This document shows, piece after piece, positions 42,398-57,926 of a stretch of 64,000 nucleotides of DNA. Source of the stretch: Eledone cirrhosa. Its lineage: Eukaryota. Within the stretch, counting starts at the first letter, position 1. Each line of letters opens with the position of its first letter. Below the pieces are notes generated by a model. That model searched no databases, was not told the origin of the DNA, and was given only the letters and a program-made list of their open reading frames with translations. A program made the position numbers and the translations under genes. The stretch is from the NCBI GenBank assembly GCA_964016885.1, contig OZ024742.1, positions 206,522,001 through 206,586,000 on the forward strand, written 5' to 3'.

Positions 42398-43216
42398 ACA
42401 TATACAGAAAAAAACAAATGTAAAACAACGATAATATACACATATAACATATATAATATATATATTATACACATATACAGGCATACATAATTAATTCTTA
42501 AATTCTATAGAAATGTGTATATATGTTTAAATATGTGTGTGTATGTGAATCCATATACATCTATCTATTTATGTTCACAGACAAACACATACACGTCACA
42601 CACAAACATATGTATTCATACATAAAATATTTCTCCCTGTTGTGTTATTGTTTTCAGGAAATCTACACACTTGAGGGCTAAACACATTTCACATATATAC
42701 CTTCCAGCTTATGCAGCCATAGAATATATTTCTAGACAATAGATTTACTGCAATCACATTTGGTAAGTTTACTGTTTCGCTATGTTTCTATCTTTCATTT
42801 TTTCTTTCTTCAAGATCATCATTGCCATCATTATTATCATCGTCATCCTACCACCAACATCACTATCATCACCATCGTCATTAGTATAAAAGAAATCAGT
42901 GTTTAATAATCGTGATTCTGTTTATTTTTGTCTTTTTTTGTCTTAGACCTAAAATACGTTTCATTGCTTTAGGAGGTTATTTCTCTGTTATAATGTATAA
43001 AGAAAAGAAATGCAATGAAATAAATAAAAAAAACAAAAACAATAATAACAAAGGAAATATGAAATAGTATCCATTTATTGAAAGGCCCGGAATGTTGTCT
43101 ATGAGAGAATTGAAATTTTGTGTCAGAAATAACAGAACAAGAGCCATTGCTTCAGAAAATATAAATTGAACACACACAGACATGTGTCATTCTGCATAGA
43201 TATATGAATATATACA

Positions 43217-43298
<82 letters not shown>

Positions 43299-43302
<4 letters not shown>

Positions 43303-44279
43303 TATGTATACGTACATACATATATGTATACAGACGTACAGTAGTATGTATATACATACATACATGCACACGTATATATATATGTACGTATAGGTTTACC
43401 GAATATTTATTATAATGTTCGGTTTGTTTGTAAACAAACAGCCCGAATTATTAGCCGTACAGTGTTCGGCAACCATCGTTGCCATTTTGTTAAACACTGA
43501 CAAAGGAACGATGAACTAGTTTCTAGCTTACTAGCTGTCAGCAGCACCGTATACCTTCATGTCAGTTGATTGACGTTTGAAAGTATATACTTTCCTTATG
43601 CATATTAACGGCTGAGCAACGATGGTTGCCGAACACTGTACGGCTAATAATTCGGGCTGTTTGTTTACAAACAAACCGAGCATTATAATAAATGTTCGGT
43701 AAACCTATACGTACATATATATATGTGTGCATGTATGTATGTATATACATACCACTGTACGTCTGTATACATATATGTATGTACGTATACATACTTATAT
43801 TTAAGTATCAGCCGTATTAAGAGCGAGAAATGAAATTTTATTTTTTCCATTTATCGTTTTCGTTACGCCCGGCCGACTAACTCACTCGATATGCAAATTA
43901 GGCTGCTCAGCCGTTAATATGCATAAGGAAAGTATATACTTTCAAACGTTCAATCAACTGACAGGAAGGTATACGATGCTGATGACAGCTAATAAGCTAG
44001 AAATAGTTCCTCGTTCCTTTGTCAGTGTTGAACAAAATGGCAACGATGGTTGCCGAACACTGTGCGGCTAATAATTCGGGCTGTTTGTTAACAAACAAAC
44101 CGAGCATTATAATAAATGTTCGGTAAACCTATACGTATATATATATATATATATGTGCATGTATGTATGTATATACAGACTACTGTACGTCTGTATACAT
44201 ATATGTATGTACGTATACATACTTATATTTAAATATCAGCCGTACTAAGAGTGAGAAATGAAATTTCATTTTTTCCATC
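43299..44279. repeat. Retrozyme-like ~424-bp repeat, array A
   Basis: Inverted partial unit 43299-43618, then ~1.5 tandem units; HHRs at 43509-43549 (minus, mutated core) and 43974-44013 (plus). Confidence 0.85.
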
Positions 44280-44281
44280 TC

Positions 44282-44368
<87 letters not shown>

Positions 44369-44430
44369 GTGGAACACTGGAAGGTAATATCCGTAGTGGT
44401 AGAGCACTCAGTCCATGGGACGAGTTAGGT

Positions 44431-44718
<288 letters not shown>

Positions 44719-44829
44719 ATATATATATGTAGGAGGTGAGTTTTATTGTAGCACAATAAAGCAATGCAAATGTCGGATAAGTAGCACTCAACAGTTTATA
44801 TGACTGGAGTATAAACTGTTAGAACTATA

Positions 44830-45231
44830 TGTCCTATTAGTAACCAATGTCTTGCTAAAAATTTAGTGTATGAATGTAAGGTTATAACTGGTACTAATTC
44901 TTTTACCTCTTTTGGTTCCACTTCCACTTCCTTTAAAGCAAGATTTTATAATCACAATTCTTCTTTTAAATACCAACTTAAATGAACTAACACGGCACTC
45001 TCAGAACTCATATGGTCCTTAAAGAACAAAAATATTAACTACAACATTTCGTGGAGGAAGTTTTGCAACGCCTCTCCTTACCTGAATTCTTCCCTATCCA
45101 GAACATGTATTCTCTGCCTAGCGGAGAAATTTACCATTATCTCTATTAATTCTATAATAAATAGACGTACGGATTTATTTTCGCTCTGCTTGCATAAATC
45201 CCATAGAACTTTCCATAAAGTATACAGCTAA
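44830..45231 (+). pseudogene. PLE GIY-YIG endonuclease fragment (not in the ORF track)
   Basis: CPISNQCLAKNLVYECKV..SFGSTSTSFKARFYNHNSSF..TALSELIWSLK..CILCLAEK..CLH; one stop. Confidence 0.88.
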
Positions 45232-46208
45232 TATCTTACTACCTAATTAGTTTAAAATCTTCTTTTCTCAAACGCTTTTATATCTTTTACAAATATACCC
45301 ATCTTTCTACCTTATTTCAGTATATTATACAATTTACTCATACTATGTCGTTAGCGGTCCCCTATTTTTCTTCTTTTTTTATTTTTTTATTTCTAATCTT
45401 TAATCTGCAACTTTTACTTCTGAATTACTTCTTAATTCATATTATAACTCACTATAGCATTTTCCTTATATTCTCGGCCATACAAATTTTTATTTTTAAT
45501 ATATACTAATATTACCATTAGTAAATTTTGTAAACATTTTTTTTTTTTTTTACGTTATATATTTTTTCTTCCTACAATTTCTTCTTTCTTCTCTCCTTCC
45601 GTGCTAGTATTAAACCTATTATTTACCTTTTCCTATTACAATACATAGAAACAAACTTGGACCCTAACTAATTCCTCTAAGTTCTTAATTGATTTAACCT
45701 TATCTTTATTCACCTTATCTCCTTAATATATTTTATTTTAATAATACATTTTAATAAATTCATTTTCGCACATATTATTAAACCCTTCAATATATAAACC
45801 TTAAATAAATAGTATTCTTAATTCCTTTTTCTTTAATCATAAGCATCACCATTCATAAACCTCATTAACTTTTAATCTCTACATTTTTTTAAAATTATGT
45901 ATTATCTTTCAACGGTTTTTTAAATTTCTCTCTGTGAGACAGTGTTTCTCAGTATTAAAGGTTATATATCTCTCTCTCTCTCACTCATTTTCTTCTCCTC
46001 TCTCATCCTTCCTTCTTATACTCCTCCTCCGTCATCCTTTCCTTATTATTATATATTTTTTTCTTATTATATTCTTTCTTCCTCTTCCTTACCTTCTCCT
46101 TCCCCCCTTCCTTTCCTTTTTTTCCCCAATCTCTTATTTTATTTTTCATATTTTGATTTAACACTTCACTGCTTGAAAGTGTTTTTTAAGCTTCATATCA
46201 TGTCTCCC

Positions 46209-46279
46209 TATTTTATCTGATGAGAACGCAAATATCATTCCATGATGATATTTGTTTTTGAAATGCGCATAATAAAATA
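46209..46279 (+). ncRNA. Type I hammerhead at the 3' end of the PLE fragment
   Basis: TATTTTAT-CTGATGA-..caaatatca/tgatatttg..-GAAA-TGCGCA-TA-ATAAAATA. Confidence 0.85.
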
Positions 46280-46363
46280 CATGGAACTCTTTTAACAATC
46301 TTTTGATTTTATATTATATATATATATATATCACCCTTGCAAGCAGGAAAAAGCGGACGTAAA

Positions 46364-46395
<32 letters not shown>

Positions 46396-46402
46396 ATATA
46401 TA

Positions 46403-47931
<1,529 letters not shown>

Positions 47932-49024
47932 TGGTAAACGGAATAGAAAATGCTGACAAATTGTTCACAGTTGAAAAATGGTTTAATTAGGAATAAAAGA
48001 ATATTAGTGATTGTATGGGTTAGTATTCAGTTGTGGTTTTAAGTTTTTAAGTTTTTACCGGTTGCGCATTTCCCCTCTACAAATTTAAAGACAACGCCAC
48101 CCACACCCAGCGCATCAGCAAGGAATCCCACTCCATCAACAAACACGGACCCCGTCCAAACACCTCTCCCCAAGACGAACCCACAATACATGTACATATA
48201 TATATATGTGTGTGAGTGCGTGTGTGTGTATGTATATATATATATATATATACATACACACACATATATATACTTGTAATATATATACAGAGGAAATAAT
48301 GTATATATTTTATCAAATGATTCTATGGACATACTTTATTGTATATTGCTCTGATTGTTGATTATTTATTTAATTAATTCGTCAGTGAGCCACATCGTGG
48401 ATGGTCGCCCAAAACACATATATATATATATATGACTTTGACTAGTTTATGTATATGTAAATCTTTATATTTGATAATCACCCATATGGTTGAGATGCAA
48501 TTTAGGCAGTATTAGGCTGCGCTTTCTAGCAACCAGCCCACTCGCCGTAAGGCAACAATCACATTCTTTCTGACATGACCACTGCCACGTCACAGTTTGA
48601 ATTCGTTTCTGGTGGGGATCATTTAAGAAATATCTTCGTCCAAGTAAGTTTGTTTCCTGATGATTTCGAAACTCGTGAATTTATCCTTGATCGGATATTT
48701 CCAAAAAGCGAATGAAATCTCATGGGGTAGAAACATAATTTTGGTATGCTTATATACTTTTTTTCTTCTACATTTGATTTTATACCTAACTGTGTATGGT
48801 TGACGATATATTTAATCGATTTCCACGTGCTATTAGAAATGGTGGGTAAATATTCTATAGCTGTTGATAGCGGATAAATAGCTGTCGTGTATTTATCTAT
48901 TATTTCTTCATAGATGCCTTTTAATCTTATAGCCTTATTTAATTGGTTTTTTGTGTGGTTGATTATGCTGATTGGGAGAGGAAATTATGTATATATTTTA
49001 TCAAATGATTCTATGGACATACTT

Positions 49025-49086
<62 letters not shown>

Positions 49087-49127
49087 GTATATATATATGT
49101 ATACATATATATATATATATATATATG

Positions 49128-49216
<89 letters not shown>

Positions 49217-49219
<3 letters not shown>

Positions 49220-49450
49220 AGTGATCAGATACTGTTTACTCGAGAGAAGACTTCGTTGGTATGGTCACATGATTCGCATGAAAGACGTCAGTTGTATAAA
49301 AAAATGCAGGTCGATCAAAATTGATGGAAGTTACGGAGTAGGTAGACCCAGAAAAACCTGGGACGATTTGATAAATTCCGACCTTACACACTTACACCTC
49401 TCTAAGACAATGTCACTGGACCGAGAATTTTGGCGCTACAGTAATACAGA
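49217..49450 (+). pseudogene. RTE LINE 3' fragment (second copy on minus at 57315-57520)
   Basis: [22 protein letters not shown]. Confidence 0.85.
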
Positions 49451-49864
49451 AGACCCGCCTTGCCTATGTACAAAGCGAAACCTACAGTCTGTAGGCACCT
49501 TTTAACCAAATATATACCATATCCCACAACCCCTACTCCAACCCTACCCCACACCCCCACCAACACCACATTTTTGGTACGACAACATCCAGTCCAAAAT
49601 AAATGAGGTCGTGTAGGTGTCACGACAAAAAATAAACACACAGTCCATGATGTATTGTGGCCGTGTAAAAACCTCTCAGTCCACACTGTAAAGGTGGTTG
49701 GTGTTAGGAAGGGCATCCAGCCATAGAAAACCTGCCAGACAGTCCTATACGAGCGAGACATGGTTACACCTCCCGTCTAAACCCATGCTAGCGTGAAAGA
49801 TAGAAGTTAAACGATGATGATGATGATGATGGTATATATATACATGTATATACATATATCTATC

Positions 49865-49891
<27 letters not shown>

Positions 49892-49895
<4 letters not shown>

Positions 49896-51310
49896 GGAAA
49901 AAATGAAATTTCATTTCTCACTCTTAGTACGGCTGATACTTAAATATAAGTATGTATACGTACATACATATATGTATACAGACGTACAGTAGTATGTATA
50001 TGCATACATGCACACACATATATATATATGTACGTATGGGTTTACCGAACATTTATTATAATGCTCGGTTTGTTTGTAAACAAACAGCCCAAATTATTAG
50101 CCGTACAGTGTTCGGCAACCATCGTTGACATTTTGTTCAACACTGACAAAGAAACGATTAACTAGTTTCTAGCTTATTAGCTGTCATCAGCACCGTATAG
50201 CTTCCTGTCAGTCGATTGAACGTTTGAAAGTTCACACTTTACTTATGCATATTAACGGCTGAGCAGCCTAATTTGCATATCAAGTGAGTTAGTCGGCCGG
50301 GCGTACTGAAAACGATAAAAGGAAAAAAGGAAATTTCATCTCTCGCTCTTAGTACTGCTGATACTTAAATATAAGTATGTATGCGTACATACATATATGT
50401 ATACAGACGTACAGTAGTATGTATATACATACATGCACACATATATATATGTACGTATGGGTTTACCGATCATTTATTATAGTGCTCGGTTTGTTTGTAA
50501 ACGAACACCCCGAATTATTAGCCGTACAGTGTTGGGCAACCATCGTTGCCATTTCGTTCAACACTGAGACAGGAACAATGAACTAGTTTCTAGCTTATTA
50601 CCTGTCATCAGCACCGTATAACTTCCTGTCAGTCGATTGAACGTTTGAAAGTACATATTTTTATTATGCATATTAACGGCTAAGCAGCCTAATTTGCATT
50701 GTTTACGATGGTTGACAGACGCTGTACGGCTAATAATTCGGGCTGTTTGTTTACAAACAAACAAGCATTAAAATAAGTGTTCGATAAACCCATACGTACA
50801 TATATATATATATGTGCATGTATGTATGTATATACATACTACTGTACGTCTGTATACATATATGTATGTACGTATACATACTTATATTTAAGTATCAGCC
50901 GTACTAAGAGTGAGAAATGAAATTTCATTTTTTCCATTTATCGTTCTCGATACGCCCGGCCGACTAACTAACTTCATATGCAAATTAGGCTGCTCTGCCG
51001 TTAACATGCATAAGGAAAGTATATACTTTCAAACGTTCAATTGACTGACAGGGAGGTATACGGTGCTGATGACAGCTAATAAGGTAGAAACTAGTTCATC
51101 GTTCCTTTGTAAGTGTTGAACAAAATGGCAACGAATGGTTGCCGAACACTGTACGGCTAATAATTTGGGCTGTTTGTTTACAAACAAACCGAGCATTATA
51201 ATAAATGTTCGGTAAACCTATACGTACATATATATATGTGTGCATGTATGTATATATATACATACTACTATACGTCTGTATACATATATGTATGTACATA
51301 TACATACTTA
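49892..51310. repeat. Retrozyme-like ~424-bp repeat, array B
   Basis: ~1.9 units in one orientation, a flip near 50700, then ~1.4 units; HHRs at 50155-50195 (minus), 50576-50616 (minus) and 51061-51101 (plus): CGGTG-CTGATGA-cagct aata agcta-GAAA-CTAG-TT-CATCG. Confidence 0.88.
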
Positions 51311-51470
51311 TATATATATATATATGTATATATGTATATATATATATATGTATATATATATGTATATATATATATATGTATATATATATATGTTATTTAT
51401 TACATAACTACACATATATATATATATATACATATATATATATGTATATATATATGTATATATATATATG

Positions 51471-51501
<31 letters not shown>

Positions 51502-51533
51502 GTAGTTATCTAATAAATTACATAAGGCAATTA

Positions 51534-51593
51534 TTCCATTTACCAGTGGTTTCTTAAAAGCAAAAAATTTTGCTTTCAATCCTCAGAATGAAA
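51534..51593 (-). ncRNA. Type I hammerhead (tandem pLTR copy; decayed twin at 52767-52827)
   Basis: TTTCATT-CTGAGGA-ttgaaagcaaa/tttgcttttaa-GAAA-CCACTGG-TA-AATGGAA. Confidence 0.85.
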
Positions 51594-51710
51594 AAATCCT
51601 GGTCTGTTTATTGAATTTGGATTTTAAAAACAAAAATGCAATCTATATGAAAGGGAGGCTGGAGAAAGAAGAAGGAAAGGAACAATAAAATAAAACGACA
51701 CATGCAAACA

Positions 51711-51780
<70 letters not shown>

Positions 51781-51956
51781 CACTCATACATACACACACA
51801 CATATACACATATATCTGTGTATATAAATACACACATACACATACATATACACATACATACGCACATAAATATCAACACATCCATACATACACATACATA
51901 TATACAACCACACACACATATATACACACATATATATATACAGAAATATAAATATA

Positions 51957-51994
<38 letters not shown>

Positions 51995-52620
51995 CATATA
52001 TACATGCATACACATACACATACATAGCCATACACACAAACATATACATACATACATACATTCACACAATCATACCTATATACACACGTACATACATACA
52101 CATACATAAATGCGTACATATACATGTACAAAATTAGAAAAATATACACTCCTCTACATATTCACACACGCAAATAGATATAAGAAAAAATATATATAAA
52201 CAAAAAAAAATTATAATAAAGATTATTATTCAGTTGACAGCGATACAAACGGCGGGTAGATGAACAGACACGCGTGGTAAGCAATACACACAAATGCACG
52301 TACACATACGTACGAAAAAGTAAATACATACACACACTCTGACACATAAATATACATATACAAATACATAAACACATACATACACATACACAAATACATA
52401 CACAAACACGCGCACACACACATATACAATTATACACACACACATACACATACACACACATATATATATATATGTATGCTCCTGGACTTTTCCGATGGAA
52501 TTACTTCATTCACACATATATATATATATATATATAAAAATACACACACACACACATACATACATAGCTATACAAATACAAATACGTACATATCATAAGC
52601 ACGCACAACCAAATACAAAC

Positions 52621-52671
<51 letters not shown>

Positions 52672-53054
52672 CATATATATATGTGTGTGTAAAACTCAAT
52701 TTTAGATAATTCATATGAACCTTACATATATATAGTAGTAATGTAATAAGCAACATAAGGCAAATATTCCATTCACCAGTGGTTTCTTAAAAGCAAAAAA
52801 ATGTTGCCTTCAATTCTCAGAATGAAAAAAACCTGGTCTATCTACATATACATATATATACACACATATATATATATATACACATACACATACATACACA
52901 TACATATTGGTATGTGAAGGAATATATGGGGGGGGGGGGGACACATAGGAAAAGGTTATATATAAGGGGAGATAAGTGAGAAAAAAAAGAGTACAGAACG
53001 TGGATTCAGCAAATAAAAAAAAACCGTAGCAGAAGTAAAGAGCAGAGAAGGAGT

Positions 53055-53612
53055 TCAAGGCGGTTGATTTATCATAGGAGTGTTAATCCAGTTACAGATC
53101 AGATGTGATTTCAGATGAGGACAGCATCTCAAGATCTCAGTCTTTGAGTTAAGACAAGCGGAAGTGGCTCTCAAGTTTAGCAAAATCCTATATTTTTCTG
53201 TGGTACACAAAGAACAATTCTTTGTTCCCCTTTGGTACTCCCTCGAATGGTCTAAGATAGACCAATCGATAGAGTACGGGATGTTACTATCCCTGAATTC
53301 CCACACCTTACTTGCGAGGGCCGTTGATGTTCGTTTATCGGAGTGCTTAAAAGAAGCGACATGTGAGTAAAATCTGGTTTTAAACCTGTCCTGGGTCAAA
53401 CCGACATATCGCTCACTCCTGGCTGGCTGGTTGTTGATGACTGGTGTTATTTTAGCCTCATAAACAACAGATTTGGTGTTACATTTACCCTGCAATGGGC
53501 ATTCATCCGGCTTTCTGCAACTGCATCCTGGATTTGTTCTCGTATGATTTGAACTGGTGATCTTGGACTTCATAGATGGGCAACAAGAGTAACTGATCTT
53601 AACTACGTTCCT
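53055..53612 (-). pseudogene. 5' truncated PLE GIY-YIG endonuclease
   Basis: KISYSC, CSCRKPDECPLQGKC, VVYEA..RYVGLT, FKTRFYSH, CSLCTTEK, CPH. Confidence 0.9.
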
Positions 53613-53632
53613 TATATGTGTATATATGTATA

Positions 53633-53676
<44 letters not shown>

Positions 53677-53800
53677 TATATATGATGATGGCTGCCCCCT
53701 CGTTATCGAGTATGGCCATTGCACGAGAAAAAACAACATAATAATTACAATAATAATAATAATAATAACAACAATAATAAAAACGACAAAAACAACAATA

Positions 53801-53987
53801 ATTGTTTCTACTTTAGGTACAAGGTCAGCACTTACCCAGTGCATTACTGGTACTTTATTTTATCGACCCCGTAAGGATGAAAGGCAAAGTTAACCTCGAC
53901 GGGATTTGAACTCACACCGTAAAGGGACGTAACTATGCTGGAAAGCATGGCGTCCGATCCTCTACCGATACTGTCAATTCACCGCCC
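53801..53987 (-). mobile_element. SINE family A
   Basis: Full copy with an (AAT/AAC)n tail. Confidence 0.9.
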
Positions 53988-54278
53988 TTGACAACAACAA
54001 CCTTGACAACAACAACAATAATAATATACATATATATCTACACGCACACGCACACACATAAACATATCTATACACACACACTCGATAACAATTAACAGCG
54101 CTGCGATTGAATGTTGCTTTTTAGCCCACTGATTGATCTAAAATGTCTTGCACAGAGTCGGCAACCAAAACATTCACTGGGAATAGCCGGCTGTGGTTGG
54201 AGTTCATGTAATTTTGCATGTCGTTTGAGCCCTCCTGCTGATTTACATATATATACATGTACATATATACATATATAT

Positions 54279-54442
54279 GTGTCCTACACGAGTGAAAGTA
54301 TGAGGAAAAAAGATGAAATCGAAAATGCAACTGGAGTCTTATTTTTTTTAATATATATATATATATTTGGTTCCTTTACCGGTTTCGCAGTTCTGTTTTT
54401 CAAAAGTAGAGTTGAGATGGAGTGCTTGTAGTTTTTCTCACA

Positions 54443-54511
<69 letters not shown>

Positions 54512-54831
54512 GTATATATATATATATACATATATATACATATATATATATATATACATATATATGTATATATGTATATATATACACATATATATACACA
54601 CATATATATATATATATACATATGAGAAAAACCACAATCCCTCCATCTCAACTCTACTTTTGAAAAGCAGAAGAACTGCGAAACCGGTAAAGGAATCAAA
54701 TAAATATTTATATTTTTTTTAAAATAAGACTCCAGTTGCATTTTCGATTTCATCTTTTTTTATCTATACTTTCACTCGTGTAGGACACCTCGGTTATTTT
54801 TCAATTTGTAAAATATACCTCACTTTCTAAT
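54279..54831. mobile_element. Solo inverted pLTR ends of the 7918-12800 PLE family around a TA tract
   Basis: 54279-54440 is inverted relative to 54622-54790; intact U3-A8 HHR at 54657-54693 (plus), variant at 54373-54406 (minus). Confidence 0.85.
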
Positions 54832-55103
54832 ATATATATTAAAAAAACCCAGTTGATGGATGTGAATCCGAAATATATAGGGACTATTAAATCTATCCCA
54901 AGGTAACTGGCTCTTCTGTTGTTATTTTTATGTTATCCTTTATACTCTTCCCTTCATTCTACACATCTCACACAACTTATACACACCACGCATCTCAACG
55001 TACACCCACTTACATCTCTCTCTCCACCACCGGACCTTGTTACCCGGAGATTTACCCATTTGCATTGTCGAGGCTTCCGAACGACTTAAAGATATTTACT
55101 TAA

Positions 55104-55204
<101 letters not shown>

Positions 55205-55217
55205 CGTGTGTGTGTGA

Positions 55218-55390
55218 TGTGTGTTATAGATAACGAGGAATCAGTGATGCATCAACACACAATTTATTAACATATTACATATGTTTCTCCGGTGATCAGC
55301 TCGAGGCAGGATATATTATAGATCGAACGTGACTCTGAATTCGCAAGGTCCTCAGATTAATTTATCGTTTTCAAGGCATTTCTTCCAAGT

Positions 55391-55447
<57 letters not shown>

Positions 55448-56982
55448 ATACATGAAGATAGACGTTAAACGATGATGATGATGACATGTATATATACATA
55501 TATATAAATTACAGAAAAATTAAAACTATGTTCAAAACATTTTATTGCTGACAATGGTTTCTTCCAAACTTTCGTTTGGATTCATCGGAGCACTAGCAAA
55601 CTTTAGACATATAATTAACTTCCTATTCCACAGAACAATCGTAAAGATACGTTGATGTTAGTGTTGTCATTGACAGTGTCATATTTAAAGAGTGAAGATG
55701 ATGTGGTCAGTATCAGTGGTTGCGACAAAGATTATAAAAGAATAATTGTTTCTACGATAGGAACAAGGCCAGCAATTATCCAGTGCATTACTGGTACTTT
55801 ATTTTATCGACCCCGTAAGGATGAAAGGCAAAGTCAACCTCGGCGGGATTTGAACTCAGATCGTAAAGGGACGTAACTATGCTGGAAAGCATGGCGTCCG
55901 TCCCTCTACCGATACTGCCAATCCACCGCCCTAAAAGAATAATACAACAATTATAGAGGCATTAAAGAAGAAAGTTACTCGCAAAACGTGGACATTAGCG
56001 GTACATATGCAAGCGTATAGAAAGACTGCAGAGGTATTGGGCATGTACAGAATAACAGGGTATGAAACAAGCAATGGTACTAAGCATATATATCACAGTA
56101 TGGCAAATGTATCACATAATACAATACAGGTATAAAAGAAAATTAAGCAGACAGAGATGCGTGGGTATGAAAAGAAGTTTCTCTGGAGTTTATGGTGGAT
56201 GTAGTGTGATAATTGTTCCGGTAATATTCATATGTTACTGTGTTATGAGTATTAATATTAAGGTTTTCCTTTCCATTACATTGGTTATATTTTAGTAAAT
56301 GTTTATTAGTAAGTACAACTGTGGATTGTATATTAGTCCAATTAAAATCTTATCAAGGGTTCGAGTTGTTCTGGAGAGATCTGTCTAACGGTTTAATTTC
56401 AGGAAGTGATTAGAGATCTATATTAAGGAGAGCTAATGTGAAAGCGGAAGTAATTGGCGATTAATTTGTATATAAGAGAAAAATGTATAGTTGTTTACAA
56501 CTCCAATTAGTTAAATTCTATGTGTTAATATACAATATATTATGTTATAAGTGAATCCTTTTATATAATGCTATTTATTTTTATATTTATATATTTAATT
56601 TTAAATACAATCTTTTTTCCATTTAATACCTACGTACCCATATATTAATTAAATGAATAAAATATTAGTAAGTAAGTTATTGTAGTTATATTAAATGGTG
56701 GTAACTTTATGTTTATTCCCAATAGTTATTGTAGAGTTTGAGATAAATAGGAGGTAAGTAGAAGAATGAGCTGATCATAGAATGTGATACTGTGGGGGTA
56801 ATTATATGCTGATAAAACCTAGAGGTAAAGTGTGGAATAGGAAGTTAATTATATGTCTAAACTTTGCTAGTGCTCCGATGAAATCAAACGAAAGTTTGGA
56901 AGAAACGATTGTCAGCAATAACGTTTTTTGAGCATTGTTTTGATTATTCTGTAATTTATATATATATGTGTATATATACATG

Positions 56983-57029
<47 letters not shown>

Positions 57030-57232
57030 GTTTAACGTCTATCTTCATGTATATATAAACAAGTTGGAAGAAATGCCTTGAAAACGATAAACATATGACG
57101 ACTTTGCGAATGCAGAGTCAGGTTCGATCTATAATATATTCTGCCTTGAGCTGATCATCGGAGAAACATATGTAATATGTTAATAAATTGCGTTTTGATG
57201 CATCACTGATTCCTCGTTATCTATAACACACA

Positions 57233-57233
<1 letters not shown>
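55218..57233. repeat. Composite ~410-bp inverted duplication carrying four hammerhead motifs
   Basis: Arms 55218-55632 and 56831-57233; HHRs at 55269-55362 (minus), 55546-55592 (minus), 56871-56917 (plus) and 57090-57181 (plus). Confidence 0.82.
55744..55931 (-). mobile_element. SINE family A
   Basis: TSD TAAAAGAATAAT. Confidence 0.9.
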
Positions 57234-57308
<75 letters not shown>

Positions 57309-57926
57309 CACATATGGTCCAGTGACATTGTCTTAGAGAGGTGTAAGTGTGTAAGGTCGGAATTTATCAAATCGTCCCAGGTTTTTCTGGGTCTACCTAC
57401 TTCGTAACTTCCATCAATTTTAATCGCCCTGCACTTTTTTAATACAACTATCCTTTCATGCGAATCACGTGACCATACCAACGTAGTCTTCTCTCGAGTA
57501 AACAGCATCTGATCACTCTTATATATATATATATATATATATATAAATACCAACCCTACTAGCATCGACAAACTGCCCAATGAGAATTAAGATTATTCCT
57601 GCTGACAACATTAAATTATTCCTAACAAGCTCATATGTCCCAAGGCTCTGATACAATCAACACCACAAACACAGAGCTGGCATATCTAAGAACTGACTAA
57701 CTGCCTATCAATGGGTATCATAGAAATATATATATAGCAGTAAATAAAGGATTATGAGTTCATGCATTTGGCTTATGTTTCGTCACTATTATAACTCCGG
57801 AACTTATATCTTCGTTGAGTGCTCCCTATCCGCATACTGAAGTACTGGATTTTACCAACACTTTCTTGCTTAGCTCATGCTCCATACCCTGTTGAGCGCT
57901 TCATACAGTAGCGGACCGGAGCCAAT

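Noticed and set aside
44983-44985. In-frame TGA in a PLE endonuclease as possible selenocysteine
   Set aside because: Aligns with Arg in the other three endonucleases, so an Arg-codon-to-TGA mutation is simpler; no SECIS identified
48655-48680. CTGATGA-tttc-GAAA-CTCGT motif between 50-bp direct repeats (48289 and 48978)
   Set aside because: No stem II and no valid NUH site; at best a dead remnant
49892-51310. CRISPR-like repeat array
   Set aside because: Long complete tandem units with no unique spacers and no cas genes; eukaryotic context
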